Positions 18,408-29,309 of a stretch of DNA of 64,000 bases are shown piece after piece. The DNA lies in the NCBI GenBank assembly GCA_963702525.1, contig CAVPCY010000013.1, positions 163,965 through 227,964 on the forward strand, in the 5' to 3' direction. Source of the DNA: an uncultured Actinomycetes bacterium (GTDB taxonomy: Bacteria > Actinomycetota > Coriobacteriia > Anaerosomatales > PHET01). Made by a program: the position numbers and the translations under genes. Position 1 is the first letter of the stretch, and every line of letters begins with the position of its first letter. The notes under the pieces are model-generated. The model made no database searches. It was not told the origin of the DNA and worked only from the letters and a program-made list of their open reading frames with translations.

Positions 18408-19480
18408 TGGATCGCCTGGGCAGCGCACTCTCCAACGGTCCGGGAGGCATCATCCTGACCAGCGTCGACGCGCTGGTCGACTGGTCGCGCGGGCAGTCCC
18501 TGTGGGCGTTCCCGATGGGCACCGCCTGCTGCGCGATGGAGCTGATCGCAGCCTCGTTCTCGAAGTTCGACTTCGACAGGCTCGGCACGTTCCCCAGGCC
18601 CGATCCGCGCCACACCGACGTGATGATCCTCGCCGGCACGATCACCGAGAAGATGAAGCCGTCCGTGCGGCTGCTCTACGACCAGATGCCGGACCCCAAG
18701 TGGGTCATCGCCATGGGCAACTGCACGGTGAGCGGCGGGATCTTCTACTACGACACGTACTCTGTTGTTCGCGGAGCGGACGAGTTCTTGCCCGTGGACG
18801 TGTACATCGCGGGATGCCCGCCGCGGCCGGAGTCGCTCCAGGATGCGATCGTGCAGCTCCGCGAGCTCGTGCGAACCGAGTCCATCGCGCCGGGTAAGCG
18901 CCGCGAACGCGAACTGGCGTTGCCGCATCCAGACTCGGCGACCTACCGCAACGAAGACCCGCTCGCGATGGCGGACTCGCACGACGATGAGGCCGCCGTC
19001 CGAGGAAGAGGGTTCGGCATGAGTGTGTCTCGCCTCCAGGAGCGCCTCGCGGAGCTCTCGCCCATGCTCTCGCCGCTGTTCTCGGCGGAGTACGGTGACG
19101 CGGTGATCGGCGCAGCGCGAGATCAGGTGCACGAGTCCGCGGTCGAACTCGCGCGTCTCGGCTTCGAGAGGCTCGACATGGTGACCGCGATCGACCGCAA
19201 GGAATGGTTCGTCCTGGTGCATCGCGTGGAGTCGCGCGCTTGGTCGGCCGCGGTTCTGATGAAGACGAAGATCCCGCACGACGATCCGCGCGTGGCGAGC
19301 GTGTGCGATGTCTGGCCCGCAGCCAACTGGCAGGAGCGCGAGGTCTACGACCTGTTCGGCATCGAGTTCGAGGGCCATCCGGACCTTCGGCGCATCTTCC
19401 TGCCCGAGGATTTCGAGGGCCACCCGCTGCGCCGAGACTACGACGACCCGCGCGTGATCCGTCGTCCGGACTACATCTGA
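18398..19480 (+). CDS. nuoBC: Fused NADH-quinone oxidoreductase subunits B and C
   Basis: NuoB motifs: [31 protein letters not shown] ~45-aa linker follows. NuoC motif: [35 protein letters not shown]. It is a single uninterrupted ORF. Confidence 0.8.
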   Translation: MAVVDRLGSALSNGPGGIILTSVDALVDWSRGQSLWAFPMGTACCAMELIAASFSKFDFDRLGTFPRPDPRHTDVMILAGTITEKMKPSVRLLYDQMPDPKWVIAMGNCTVSGGIFYYDTYSVVRGADEFLPVDVYIAGCPPRPESLQDAIVQLRELVRTESIAPGKRRERELALPHPDSATYRNEDPLAMADSHDDEAAVRGRGFGMSVSRLQERLAELSPMLSPLFSAEYGDAVIGAARDQVHESAVELARLGFERLDMVTAIDRKEWFVLVHRVESRAWSAAVLMKTKIPHDDPRVASVCDVWPAANWQEREVYDLFGIEFEGHPDLRRIFLPEDFEGHPLRRDYDDPRVIRRPDYI

Positions 19481-19486
19481 GAGGGG

Positions 19487-20641
19487 GTGCCTGCGCTGCC
19501 GGTAGAGATACAGTCACGTTCCTTGGTCGAGTCGCCGGACGGCTCGCCTGTGGAAGAGCTCGTGGTCAACGTGGGCCCCTCACACCCTTCAACGCACGGT
19601 GTGGGACGCGTGATCGTCCACCTCGACGGCGACATCATCGTGCGTGCGGATGCCGTGATCGGGTACCTGCACAGAGGCATCGAGAAGATGGCCGAGAACC
19701 GCACCTACCTGCAGGTCGTACCGCTTACCGACCGGCTGGACTACGTCGGGTCGATGTACGCGAACTGGTCGTACTGCCGAGCCGTGGAGCGGCTCTCCGC
19801 GATTCGCGTGCCCGAACGCGCTGAGTACCTGCGCGTGATCGTGTGCGAGCTGCAGCGGATCGCCAGCCACATGATGGGGATCGGCGCCTCGGCGGCCGAC
19901 ACCGGTGCCTTCACGATGTTCGTCTACGCCTTCGATGTGCGCGAGCGCATCGTCGAGCTGTTCGAATCGCTGTGCGGTGCCAGGCTCACCTACAACTACG
20001 TGCGACCCGGGGGCGTGTCGTTCGACGTTCCCGACGGGTGGACCGATGAGGTCTCGGCGTTCATCGCGGGTCTCGACCCCAAGCTCGCAGAGATGGACGA
20101 CCTGTTCTTCGGAAACGTGATCGCACGCGGCCGTATGAAGGGCGTGGGTGTGCTGAGCGCTGATGACGCGGTGGCATGGGGCGCTTCGGGGCCCACGGCG
20201 CGCGCGTCCGGCGTGAACTCGGACCTGCGCAAGCACGACCCCTACTCGGTGTACCCGCGGATGGACTTCGACGTGGTCGTCGGCGATAACGGAGACGCGT
20301 ACGACCGTGGGCGATGCCGCCTGTTCGAGTGCCACGAATCGGCCCGCATCATCGCTCAGGCTCTCGCGCAGATGCCGGGCGGATCGGTGATGGCCGACGG
20401 CATCCCCCGGCTCCTCACGCCGCCGCCCGGTGAGGCGTACGACCACATCGAGAGCGCGCGCGGCTCGCTTGGCGTCTACCTCGTCAGTGACGGCTCGCCG
20501 CGGCCCTACCGGATGCACGTGCGAAGCCCTGCGTTCTGCAACCTGGCGCTGCTTCCCAAGCTCGCCCTCGGTCACACGCTCTCCGATCTCGTCGTGGTTC
20601 TCGGCTCGCTCGACCCCGTGTTCGGGGAGGTGGACCGGTGA
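19487..20641 (+). CDS. nuoD: NADH-quinone oxidoreductase subunit D
   Basis: VNVGPSHPSTHGVGRVIVHLDG, GYLHRGIEKMAENRTY, C-terminal LGSLDPVFGEVDR. Confidence 0.9.
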   Translation: MPALPVEIQSRSLVESPDGSPVEELVVNVGPSHPSTHGVGRVIVHLDGDIIVRADAVIGYLHRGIEKMAENRTYLQVVPLTDRLDYVGSMYANWSYCRAVERLSAIRVPERAEYLRVIVCELQRIASHMMGIGASAADTGAFTMFVYAFDVRERIVELFESLCGARLTYNYVRPGGVSFDVPDGWTDEVSAFIAGLDPKLAEMDDLFFGNVIARGRMKGVGVLSADDAVAWGASGPTARASGVNSDLRKHDPYSVYPRMDFDVVVGDNGDAYDRGRCRLFECHESARIIAQALAQMPGGSVMADGIPRLLTPPPGEAYDHIESARGSLGVYLVSDGSPRPYRMHVRSPAFCNLALLPKLALGHTLSDLVVVLGSLDPVFGEVDR

Positions 20642-21589
20642 CCTCGCTTGCCCTCGGAGCGGTGTGGGGTCTTGCTGCCGCGCTGCTCATCGCGCTGGCC
20701 GCGCTCATCGGGGTGTGGGCGGAGCGCAAGATAGCCGGACGCATCCAGCTGCGCTACGGGCCGCAGGAGGCGGGCCCCTCGGGTCTGCTCCAAACGCTCG
20801 CCGACACGGTGAAGTTGGTCCTCAAGGAGGACATCACTCCTGCGCAGGCCGACGTGGCGGTCTTCAGGACGATGCCGTTTCTCGTGTTCGTGCCTATCGC
20901 AAGTGCCCTCGTGGTGATCCCGTACGCTTCGGGGTGGGTGCCCGTTCGACATCCCGACGAGCGCCCTGTTCTTCCTGGCGGTGCCGGGGCTGAGTGTTCT
21001 CGGCATACTGCTGGCGGGGTGGTCGTCGCGCAACACCTACGCGAGCATCGGCGGTGTCCGCGCGGCCGCGCAGATGATCTCCTACGAGCTGCCCAGGACG
21101 CTTTCCGTTCTTGCGTTGTGTCTGCTCGCGGGCTCGCTTTCCACCGGCACGATTCGCGCCGAGTGGCGGGTGTGGTGGCTGCCCCTCATCGCAGTGGGCT
21201 TCCTCGTGTACTTCATCTCGTCGATCGCCGAGGTCAACCGCGGGCCGTTCGACCTGCCGGAGGCCGAGTCGGAGCTCGTCGCCGGCTACTTCGCCGACTA
21301 CTCGGGCATCCGGTGGGCGATCTTCATGATGGCCGAGTACGGCGGCATCGTGGCGGCTTCGCTCTTCGGGGCCGCGATGTTCTTCGGCGGCGGGTTGGGG
21401 CTTCCCGAGCCGGTCGCAGGGGTGGTCTTCGTAGCGCTCTCCGCCCTCATCGCATGCGCGATGATCTGGGTGAAGTGGACCTTCCCGCGCATGCGGCCCG
21501 ATCAGCTGATGGGCTTCGCGTGGAAGGTGCTCACGCCGATGGCCCTCGTGCAGCTGCTGATAGTCGGGGTGGTATTGCCGTGGCTGTAG
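20638..21589 (+). CDS. nuoH: NADH-quinone oxidoreductase subunit H; frameshift near 20945
   Basis: WAERKIAGRIQLRYGP..LLQTLADTVKL, then in the next frame FDIPTSALFFLAVPGLSVLGILLAGWSS...EVNRGPFDLPEAESELVAGY. The start overlaps the nuoD stop (GTGA). Confidence 0.85.
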
Positions 21590-23733
21590 AGCGCAAACGC
21601 CGCAGCGTCGCCGCGCCGGACCGCACGCCTTCGAGCGTGCCGCTCAAGGTATCGGTCTCCAACGAGTTCAGCCCCGGGGTGAAGGGGTTCGTCGAGCGGT
21701 GGGCGAGCCTGGTCACGGGTATGGGCATCACTGCGCGCAAGGCGGCCACCCCGCCCGAGACACTGCGCTACCCGCTCGAGAAGCTGACGCTGTCGCCGCG
21801 TTGGCGTGGCGCACTGCGCCTCACCGGCATTCTCGGCAGGGAAGGAATCGAGGTCATCCGGGCGCCGTCGTCCGAGTACAACGCACACATCGAGTACCTG
21901 TACCAGGCTCACGAGCTGCCGCCGTGTGTGGGCAACTGCCCGGCGAACGTGGATGCGCGAGGACAGTCCTACTATCTGGCCGACGACAAGCCCGCCGAGG
22001 CATACGAACTCGTTCGCGACCGCAACGTGATGCCCGGCGTACTGGGGCGCATATGCCATCACCCGTGCGAGCAGGCGTGCAAGCGCAACTACTACGACGA
22101 GCCGATCGCGATCAGGCCGCTTCATCGCGTGGCCTACGAACGCTATGCGGAGCACCGGGAGTCGCGGGTAGCTCCCGCTGCCGGTCACGCGCGATGCGCG
22201 GGTGGCGATCATCGGCAGCGGACCGAGCGGTCTGGCGGCGGCATTCGACCTGATGAAGCAGGGCTACGAGGTCCACGTGTACGAGAAGGACGACGCCCCC
22301 GGCGGTGCGCTCCTCTCGGGAGTGCCTTCGTACCGCCTTCCGCGCGACGTGCTCGCCCAGGAGATCGCCGATCTCCAGACGATGGGGATGAGGCTGTTCA
22401 CGGGCGTGAAGATCGGTGAAGACGTCCCGATCGACCACCTGATAGGTGAGTACGAGGCCGTGCTCATCGCCGCGGGTCTGCAGGTGAGCCGAATCCTGCC
22501 GCTGCCCGGGACGAGCGCGAAGGGCGTCACGGGCGCGCTGGAGTTCCTGCGCGCGGGCAACTGGAAGGGCGACGCGGGCGTCAAGGGCAAGCGCGTGCTG
22601 GTCATCGGCGGCGGCAACGTCGCCGTGGACTGCGCTCGCGTTGCGCTGCGATGCGGTGCGATCTGACGTGACGTTGTCGTCCCTCGAATCGATGGACGAG
22701 CTTCCCGCCCACCCCTGGGAGATCGAGGAGGCTCTGGACGAGGGAATCACCGCACTGTGCTCGTACGGTCCGCACCACGTGCTGGAGGAGAACGGTCGCG
22801 TGACGGGGATGCGGCTGCAGAGCTGTCTGTCCGTCTTCGACGCGCAAGGTCGCTTCGCCCCGCAGTTCGCCGACGACTACACGGACATCGCGTGTGACGT
22901 CGTCGTCTTCGCCATCGGTCAGGCGCCGGACCTCAAAGACCTCGTGGGGGGCTCGGACCTGCTGCTCACGGAGCGAGGATTGCTGCCGGTCGATGGCGCG
23001 CTCATGACGACGCATGTCGACGGCGTGTTCGCGTGCGGAGAGGTCGTCACCGGACCGGGCTCGTGCATCGCCTCTATCGCCAGCGGACACGAGGCCGCCG
23101 AGTCGATACACCGCTATCTGAGCGAGCGCGACCTTGGCGAGGAGCGTGTCTACCGGCCCGTTCCTGTCTACCCGCACTACCACCCGGCCCATCTCGACGG
23201 GGTCGAGAGCGCTCGCAAGCGTGCCGTGATGCCCATGACTCCGGGCGAGGAGCGCTGCCACGACTTCCGGCAGGTGGAGCTGGGCCTGACGAAGGCCGAG
23301 GCGCTCGCCGAAGCATCGCGCTGCCTGAGGTGCGAGTCCGGAGTCTGCGTGGGATGCACGTTCTGCGCCCGCACGTGCCCGGACTACTGCATCCTTGTCG
23401 ACCGCGTGGACGATCCCGGCGCGCGCTCGGTCACTCGCTACGACCTCGACCTCTCGAAGTGCTGCTTCTGTGGTCTGTGCGCCGAGCAGTGCCCGACCGG
23501 CGCGCTGCAGCACACCGGCCAGTACGAGCTGTCGTTCTACACGCGGGACCTCACGATGTTCGGTCGGGATCAGATGGTGCGCTCCGGCGAAGGGTCGCGC
23601 GCAACGGGTGCGGACAGCGCGCCGGGGTCGGCCTCGGGAAGCGCGCGCATCGTCGTGGAGACCGACGGGACTCGGCGCGAGGCGTTGCCCCGACGAAGAG
23701 AGCGTCGACGCAGCCACGGAGGTGTCGCGATGA
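21580..23733 (+). CDS. nuoI: NuoI with an inserted GltD-like (glutamate synthase small-subunit-type) Fe-S/FAD/NAD(P)H module. Apparent frameshifts near 22168 and 22655, plus probably one in 23600-23720. Start (GTG 21580 or a later GTG) and exact end are uncertain.
   Basis: NuoI N-terminal segment: GFVERWASLVTGMGITARKAATPPETLRYPLEKLTLSPRWRGALRL. GltD-like module: CVGNCPANVDARG, GRICHHPCEQACKR, VAIIGSGPSGLAAAFDL, GKRVLVIGGGNVAVDCARVALRCGA, GVFACGEVVTGPGSCIASIASGHEAAESIHRYL. NuoI core: GVCVGCTFCARTCP...RYDLDLSKCCFCGLCAEQCPTGAL...YELSFYTRDL. An ATGA overlap with nuoJ at 23730-23733 suggests the stop. Confidence 0.75.
21830..23310 (+). other. Approximate extent of the GltD-like insertion within nuoI
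   Basis: Bounded by the last NuoI-N residues (RWRGALRL, ~21825) and the first NuoI CxxCxxCxxxCP motif (~23330). Confidence 0.6.
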
Positions 23734-24219
23734 CCGCGCTCTTCTGGGGTCTTTCGGGAGTAGCTCTCATCGGCGCGGCCGCAGTCGCCTTCAGCCGCGA
23801 CGTGATGCGCATGGCGCTCGGGCTGGGCGCGTTCCTCCTCGGCGTCGCAGGGCTTGTTCGCTCTGTTCGGATTCGGCTTCCTGGCTCTCGCCGAGATCTT
23901 CGTGTACGCCGGTGGAGTCCTGGTGCTGCTGCTGTTCGCGATCATGCTCGTTCACCGCTCCGGCCCCGACTCGCCCGCACTCGATTCGCGCCATGACGCC
24001 CTGGCGGCCGTGGCCGCAGTGGGACTCGCCACGCTGCTGGTCGCGCTTGTCAGGCCCCTCGTGCCGGCCTCGCTCGCCGAAGTGCCGTCGGTCACGGCTG
24101 GTGTTGAGGGTCTCGGCTCGGTGCTGCTTGGCCCGATGCTCCCGCAGTTCGAGCTGGCGGGCGTGCTTCTGCTCGCGGCACTGGTCGCTGTCGTCTCGAT
24201 TGCCGGGGGTGACGAATGA
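23730..24219 (+). CDS. nuoJ: NADH-quinone oxidoreductase subunit J; frameshift near 23852
   Basis: MTALFWGLSGVALIGAAAVAFSRDVMRMALGLGAFLLGVAGL / FALFGFGFLALAEIFVYAGGVLVLLLF... Confidence 0.8.
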
Positions 24220-24517
24220 GCGTCCTCATCGTCACGGCCGCGATGCTCGCGCTGGGCCTCTACGGCGTGCTCACCCGCAGAGACGTGGTTGCGATACTCG
24301 CGTCTGTCGAGGTGATGATCGGCGCCGGACTCGTGTCTCATGACGGGTCTTGGGGCATGGAGCGCAGGCCGAGGGCGTTGACTCCGTGCACGGCGCGGCG
24401 CTGCTGTTCTTGGTGCTGGCGGCGGCCGAGGCGGCCGTCGGGCTCGCCCTTCTGGTCGCGGTCGCGCGACGCATGGGCACCACGCGGATCGACGAGATGA
24501 CGGAGGTGAAGGGCTGA
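24216..24517 (+). CDS. nuoK: NADH-quinone oxidoreductase subunit K; two frameshifts near 24335 and 24362
   Basis: MSVLIVTAAMLALGLYGVLTRRDVVAILASVEVMIGA / LMTGLGAWS / AQAEGVDSVHGAALLFLVLAAAEAAVGLALLVAVARRMGTTRIDEMTEVKG*. Confidence 0.75.
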
Positions 24518-26373
24518 TGCCGCTGATCCTCCAGATCCCGTGGATAGTGGTTGTCGGCCCCGTGATCCTCGCTGCTGTGATCGCGCTGCTCGGGCGTCGA
24601 GGGAAGGGTCTTGCGCCGTGGCTTGCCGCGCTTGCGCCGCTGAGCGTGCTGTCGCTCGCGTACGCGGCGGCGCAGGCCGCGATCGGTACGAGCGCGACCG
24701 CGAAGCCGTGGACGAGCGCGGTTGTGGCGAAGGGCTCCGTGGCGTGGTTCACCCCGGCCGGCACGGCGCTGAGCGTTGGCTGGGCGGTCGACTCGCTCAC
24801 GGCTGCGATGCTGGCCGTGGTCGGTACGGTGGCCCTGTGCGTCGTGGTCTTCTCGGTGGGCTACATGGCCGAGGACGAGGGGTGGAACCGCTACTTCGCG
24901 CTGCTCGCGCTGTTCACCGGCTCCATGTCGCTGTTGGTGATCGCAGACTCGTTCGTCGGGCTGTTCATCGGGTGGGAGCTCGTTGGTGCGTGCTCCTACC
25001 TGCTCATCGGGTTCTGGTTCCGCAAGCCGTCCGCCGCCGCGGCCGCGACCAAGGCGTTTCTCACGACACGCGTGGGCGACGTGGGGCTGCTCGTGGGTCT
25101 GGCGGTGCTGTGGTGGGCAACGGGCTCGTTGGCATACCAGGAGGTCGTGGCGCGAATCGAGCCGATGCCGGCCGGTCTGCTCCTTGCGGCGGCAGTGTGT
25201 CTGGCCATCGGCGCGATGGGCAAGTCGGCGCAGTTCCCCCTTCATGCGTGGCTGCCCGATGCGATGGAGGGCCCCACACCCGTCTCTGCGCTCATCCATG
25301 CTGCGACGATGGTGGCCGCCGGCGTGTTCCTCATCGTCCGCGTGTGGCCGATCTTCGAGCTGGCCGCCGGCGCGCGTGAGATGGTGCTCGTCGTCGGGGT
25401 GATATCCGCGCTTGGCGGCTCGCTGTCATCGCGCTCGTCCAGCGGGACATCAAGAAGGTCCTCGCATACTCGACGATCAGCCAGCTCGGGTTCATGTTCG
25501 CAGCGCTCGGCGCCGGTGCGTGGGCTGCCGCCTTCTTCCACTTGATGACCCACGCCGCGTTCAAGGGACTGTTGTTCCTGGCGTCGGGTAGCGTCATCCA
25601 CGGCTCTGGCACGCAGGACCTCCACGAGATGGGCGGGCTGCGCGCCAAGATGCCGGTGACGTTCGCCACGTGGACGGTGGGGGCGCTTGCTCTCGCCGGG
25701 ATTCCCGGGTTCGCGGGGTTCTTCAGCAAGGACGCGGTGCTGGAAGCGGTTCTGCATGATGCGCCGCTCGCCGGGTGGGCACTTCTGGCGGCCAGCGCGC
25801 TCACGGCCTTCTACATGGCCCGGTCGACAAGGCTCGCCTTCGGAGGGCGACCTGTTCGCCCAGAGGCGCACCCGCACGAGAGCCCGGCTTCGATGGCGGT
25901 GCCCCTGGTCGCGCTTGCTGCGCTGACGATGACGATCGGTTGGTTCGCCCCGCGCGTGGCCGAGTTCCTCGGGACCGAGGCGGAGCCGCTCTCGTTGACG
26001 GTATCGGCTCTCGCTGTCGGGTTGGCTCTGGCCGGCGGTGCGATCGGCTGGCTCGCGGGCCGAGACGTGGCCAGTGACGAGCGCTTCGGCTCGCGACTTG
26101 GCAGGAGCGCCGGCGTGCTTCGGTCGGGCTTCGGGTGGGATGCGCGCTGTCGACCGGCTCGTCGTGGGGCCCACGGTGGCGCTGTGTCGCGTCTTGTGGG
26201 CATGGGGAGACCGGCTGATCGCCGATGGAGCCGCCGAGGGTATCGCCGGCGTTGCGGCCCGAGTCGGCGCCGGCCTATCGCGTCTGCAGTCCGGCGACGC
26301 GCAGGCGTACTCCCTTGCTGTTGCGGTTGGCGTCGTGGTCATGCTGGTCGTGGTCGCCATGGGAGGGCGGTGA
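24517..26373 (+). CDS. nuoL: NADH-quinone oxidoreductase subunit L; frameshifts near 25425 and 26142
   Basis: GWELVGACSYLLIGFW, KSAQFPLHAWLPDAMEGPTPVSALIHAATMV, then /IALVQRDIKKVLAYSTISQLGFMF...HAAFKGLLFL, then /AVDRLVVGP... Confidence 0.85.
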
Positions 26374-26378
26374 GATCG

Positions 26379-27822
26379 ATGGTTGCCCTTGACCTGATCA
26401 TCGTCGTTCCGCTGCTGCTCGCCATGGTGTGCGCGTTTGCGTCGCGCAGCTGGCCCGAGGCACCGCGCTGGATCGCCTTGGCGGCGGTCGCCGCACAGAT
26501 GGGGCTGCTCGGCGCGCTTGCGCCGTCAGGCGTGTTCTCGGGGGCGCGCGTTGCTGGCGCCGATCTCGGAGCAGCCGGCGCGGTCTGGAGTGTTGGTACC
26601 GACGGTCTGTCGACACCGCTGCTGGTTCTGACGGTCTTCATCGGACTGATGGCCGTCTCGGCATCGTGGAGGGTGTCCGAGCGGACCGGTGCGCACTTCG
26701 GGCTGCTGCTGCTCCTGCAAGCCGCGGTGAGCGCGGTCTTCCTCGCCGAGAACGTGATTCTGTTCTACGTCGCGTGGGAGTCGGTGCTGTTCCCGATGTT
26801 CCTGCTGATCGCCGGCTGGGGCTCGTCCAATGCGCGCAAGGCCTCGATGAAGTTCCTCGTGTACACGTTCGCGGGAGGCGCCCTTCTGCTGATCGGGCTA
26901 CTGGTCGCGTCGATCTCCACGCAAAGCCTCTCGATCGACGGGATGATCGCAGGCCGGGCAGGGATCGGCTCACCCCAGCTAGTGTTCTGGCTGATGGCCG
27001 CCGCATTCCTGATCAAGCTCCCGGTCGTCCCGGTCCATACCTGGCTTCCGGATGCACACACCGAGGCGCCGACCGCCGGATCCATAGTGCTCGCAGGCGT
27101 GCTGCTCAAGATGGGCGGCTACGGACTGATGAGGGTCGCGCTGCCGCTGGCCCCCAGTGCGTTCGCTTCCGGGCGGACGGTTCTTGCGGCGCTCGGCGTC
27201 ATCGGGATCATCTGGGGAGCCGCGACCGCACTCGTGCAGACCGACCTCAAGCGCCTCGTCGCCTACTCGTCCGTGGCGCACATGGGCTTCGTCGTCCTCG
27301 CGATCTCGACCGGACTTCCCGATGCCATGAGCGCCGCTCTTCTCACGATGGTGAGCCACGGCTTCGTGGCGGCGATGTTGTTCTACCTGGTGGGAGCGCT
27401 CTACGAGCGGGCACACACACGTGAGCTATCCCGCTTCGGCGGGCTTGGGGCGGTCACCCCGCGATGGGCGGTGGCGTTCGTGTTCGCATCGCTCGCCTCA
27501 GCCGGACTGCCGGCACTGTCCGGGTTCCCCGGCGAGTTCGTCACGATTCTCGAGGCCTACTCTGCGTGGGGCTGGACCGTGATCGTTGCCGGCCTGGGAG
27601 TGGTATTGGCTGCTGCGTACAACCTGCGCGCGGTGCGTTCGTCGGTGCAGGGCCCGGTGGGGGAGTTCGGTGAGCTGGCCGACCTCGACATCCGTCAGAG
27701 CGCGACGAGCGTCCTGTTCGCTACCGGCTATCGTGGTCCTCGGTGTGGCCCCTTGGCTCGTCGTGAACGTCTCGTACGAGGCTGTGCGCAACCTCATCGC
27801 CCTGCTGGAGGTGGGAGCGTGA
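26379..27822 (+). CDS. nuoM: NADH-quinone oxidoreductase subunit M; frameshift near 27715
   Basis: FYVAWESVLFPMFLLI, KLPVVPVHTWLPDAHTEAPTAGSIVLAGVLLKMGGYG, LKRLVAYSSVAHMGFV. The C-terminus ...AIVVLGVAPWLVVNVSYEAVRNLIALLEVGA* lies in another frame. Confidence 0.85.
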
Positions 27823-29309
27823 CGCCAGTGATCGCCTTCGGCGTGACGTTCGCCGCGTACGGCGTCGCAGCTGCTGTGTGCGCTTCTTGGCGATGCGTTG
27901 GGGCGTCGGGCGTGGTTCGTCGCGTCTTGCGGCGCTGGCGCTTGTGGCTGGCGGTGCTGTCTCGCTGTCTGCCGCATGGAGCGTTCCGGCGTCGGTCGTC
28001 TTCGACACCTTCGTCATCGGCGCGGCGTATTCAGGAGTGATCGGCTTGGCTGGCGTGTTGGCGGGAGTGTCGGTGCTCTCGAGTGCGTCCGAGGAAGGCG
28101 CCGGCGCTCCTGTAGGGCAGCAGAGCGCCCTTGTAGCGCTGTCGGTCGTGGGCGCGGGAATCGCGGCTGCCGCCACCGACCTGGTCACGCTGGTGATCGC
28201 GCTGGAGATCGTGGCCGCCTGCGGGTATGCGCTCGTGGCCGCGTCCCGGACGAGGCGGTCCGCAGAGGCCTCGATGAAGTACTTCGTGCAAGGCGCGACG
28301 GTTACGGGCCTGTTGGTAGTGGGAAGCGCCGTCCTTATCGGCGGCTACGCGCCGAGCGGGTCGCTACTTGAGATCGCCAAAGCGGTGGCCGACGGGCAAC
28401 CTGTCGATCAGGCGGTTCTGCTTGGATTGACGTTGCTCGCGTCGTCTCTTGTGTTCAAGGCTGGAGGAGCGCCGTTCCACTCATGGGTTCCCGACGCCTA
28501 CGAAACCGCGCCGGCACCGGCGGCGGCGGTGCTGTCCGGCCCTGTGAAGGTCGCCATGATCACCGCGCTCTCCACGCTGATGTACGTGGTTGGTGGGGTG
28601 GGAGCGTCTCAATCGGCGCCCCTTGGTGCGGTCGGAACTCGGCTCTTCCCGCTGGTGGGGGCCCTGGCGGTGATCTCGATACTGGTAGGGTCGCTTACGG
28701 CGCTGCGGCAACGCGACTACACCCGGATGCTCGCGTATGCCGGCGTGGCTCAAGTGGGATACGCACTCATCGCCGTCGCCTCGCGCAATCACAGCGCCGC
28801 TGTGTTCTTTGCCTGCACGTATGCGATTGGCTCCACCGGCGCGTTTCTCGGGTCGAAGGCGATGCGAGGGAGTGACCCCGATTGGGACGGGAGTGTCGAG
28901 GGCCTTCGCGGTCTGGGACGTAGGCGTCCGGCCTTGGGGCTAGCTGTGACCGTGCTCATGTTGTCGCTCGCCGGCATACCTCCGCTGCTCGGCTTCTGGG
29001 GAAAACTGCAGGCCTTCCAGTCGGCCGTGGCGGCGGGACTCGCTCTGCAGGAGATGGGGCAGACGGGGCTCGCGGGCTTGTACGCGGTGCTGGCTCTCGC
29101 GGGAATCGTTGGCTCGATCGTCAGCGTGGGCTACTACGGGTCCGTCGTGCGCGCCGTGTACGCGGAGCCCTCGCGAGGCCCCTGACTCTCCGCACGCCGA
29201 CGTCGTCGCGGAGTTCGCGGTTGCTGCCTCGGCTGTAGCGGTGTTGCTGCTCGGGATCGCCCCTATCATTGCGCCTTTCGGTCAGGTCTTCAGGGGCTTT
29301 CTCGTGTAG
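27819..29309 (+). CDS. nuoN: NADH-quinone oxidoreductase subunit N; frameshifts near 27880-27910 and 29180
   Basis: The GTGA start overlaps the nuoM stop. Motifs: KAGGAPFHSWVPDAYETAPAPAAAVLSGPVK, RMLAYAGVAQVGY. The C-terminus continues past the ORF-track stop (29185) in another frame as ...HADVVAEFAVAASAVAVLLLGIAPIIAPFGQVFRGFLV*. Confidence 0.8.

Noticed and set aside
20638-22419. 593-aa ORF that looks like NuoH fused to a novel protein. Similarly, 25494..28040 (848 aa) and 41622..43103 (493 aa) look like single proteins.
   Set aside because: Each is a chimera of neighbouring genes read in one frame: nuoH N-terminus plus out-of-frame junk plus nuoI N-terminus; nuoL C-terminus plus nuoM plus nuoN N-terminus; cobT plus cobS N-terminus. 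The true stops are in other frames, reached after indels.
23580-23760. In-frame read-through from the NuoI ferredoxin core into NuoJ (a possible NuoI-NuoJ fusion)
   Set aside because: A GGAGG RBS precedes the nuoJ ATG. An alternative frame ends ...DEESVDAATEVSR* with a TGA overlapping that ATG (ATGA), the same coupling used elsewhere in the operon. An uncorrected indel in 23600-23720 is the simpler explanation. A real fusion cannot be strictly excluded.
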